From assembly GCF_032444005.1 (NCBI RefSeq), contig NC_091285.1, positions 27,156,001 through 27,220,000 of the forward strand: a stretch of 64,000 nt of DNA. Reading direction: 5' to 3'. This DNA comes from Ranitomeya imitator. Its lineage: Eukaryota. Both the position numbers and the translations under genes were made by a program. A model generated the notes under the pieces. The model saw only the letters and a list, made by a program, of their open reading frames with translations. It ran no database searches and was not told the origin of the DNA. Of the stretch, positions 63,404-64,000 are shown one piece after another (positions within the stretch are counted from its first letter, which is position 1; every line of letters starts with the position of its first letter).

Positions 63404-64000
63404 GGGGTTCCTTACTGGGTCATATGATATATGTAATAAAATGTTTTGGTTGTTTTTTTACTATATGTTCATTTAAGCCCTGAGGATTGTAAACAGCCTA
63501 CAGCAGTGACGTGGATATAGATCAGCAGGCGGCTATATTTATCCGTGGCTGTATTTGGCGTGTCATCTGCTCTCCGCTGCTCTATAAATTAGGACACTCC
63601 TAAATACAGGCAGCAGCTTCTACTGAGCAGTAAGAGGGAAGAAAAAACATGGCCGGCACGACCATTCCAACAATTTGGCACCAATTCCAAACTAAGAGGA
63701 ACTTCCAGGACCCTTAAAATCCTTTCTTGTTCACACAGTGGATCTCATACTCTGAGCTGTTGAGGGGCCAGGAGACCCCCATATACTGCAGACTCTATAT
63801 GCTTCCCATATAGGTTCTGCTGCATTGCTCATCCTGAACTTCCTGGCTCTGCACCCCATGGTCACACATGCGCAGCACCGCTCCATTTATGTCAGTCAGT
63901 CCCCTAGAACAGAGGTCCCCAACTCCAGTCCTCAAGGCCCACCAACATGTCATGTTTTCAGGATTTCCTTAGTCTTGCCCAGGTAATAATTGCATCACCT

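Overview
Eukaryotic genomic DNA, inferred to be frog (anuran) from vertebrate gene content and amphibian-type TTAA-flanked MITEs. I find no prokaryotic features. Four intron-containing genes were rebuilt by hand from GT-AG boundaries with consistent phases. (1) ARMT1 on the - strand: first two coding exons only, the rest lies left of the window. (2) RMND1 on +: complete, 418 aa, divergent from ARMT1 across a shared promoter near 10.2-10.5 kb. (3) RAD51AP1 on +: complete, 315 aa. (4) FERRY3/C12orf4 on +: 8 coding exons, continuing past the right edge. About half the window is tandem repeat: roughly 16 distinct arrays with units of 25-90 bp, including an 8.7-kb array of an 86-bp unit. MITEs and SINE fragments are scattered between them. 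Nearly all long ORFs in the supplied track are artefacts of these arrays. The most interesting signals are (a) different minisatellites arising at the same internal motif of one MITE family, (b) arrays that multimerise CTCF-like, NF-Y/E-box and ETS motifs, (c) a gene order that differs from human, and (d) a 5'-UTR intron in ARMT1. I found no evidence for a new protein-coding system. Orthologue comparisons are from memory and no searches were run.
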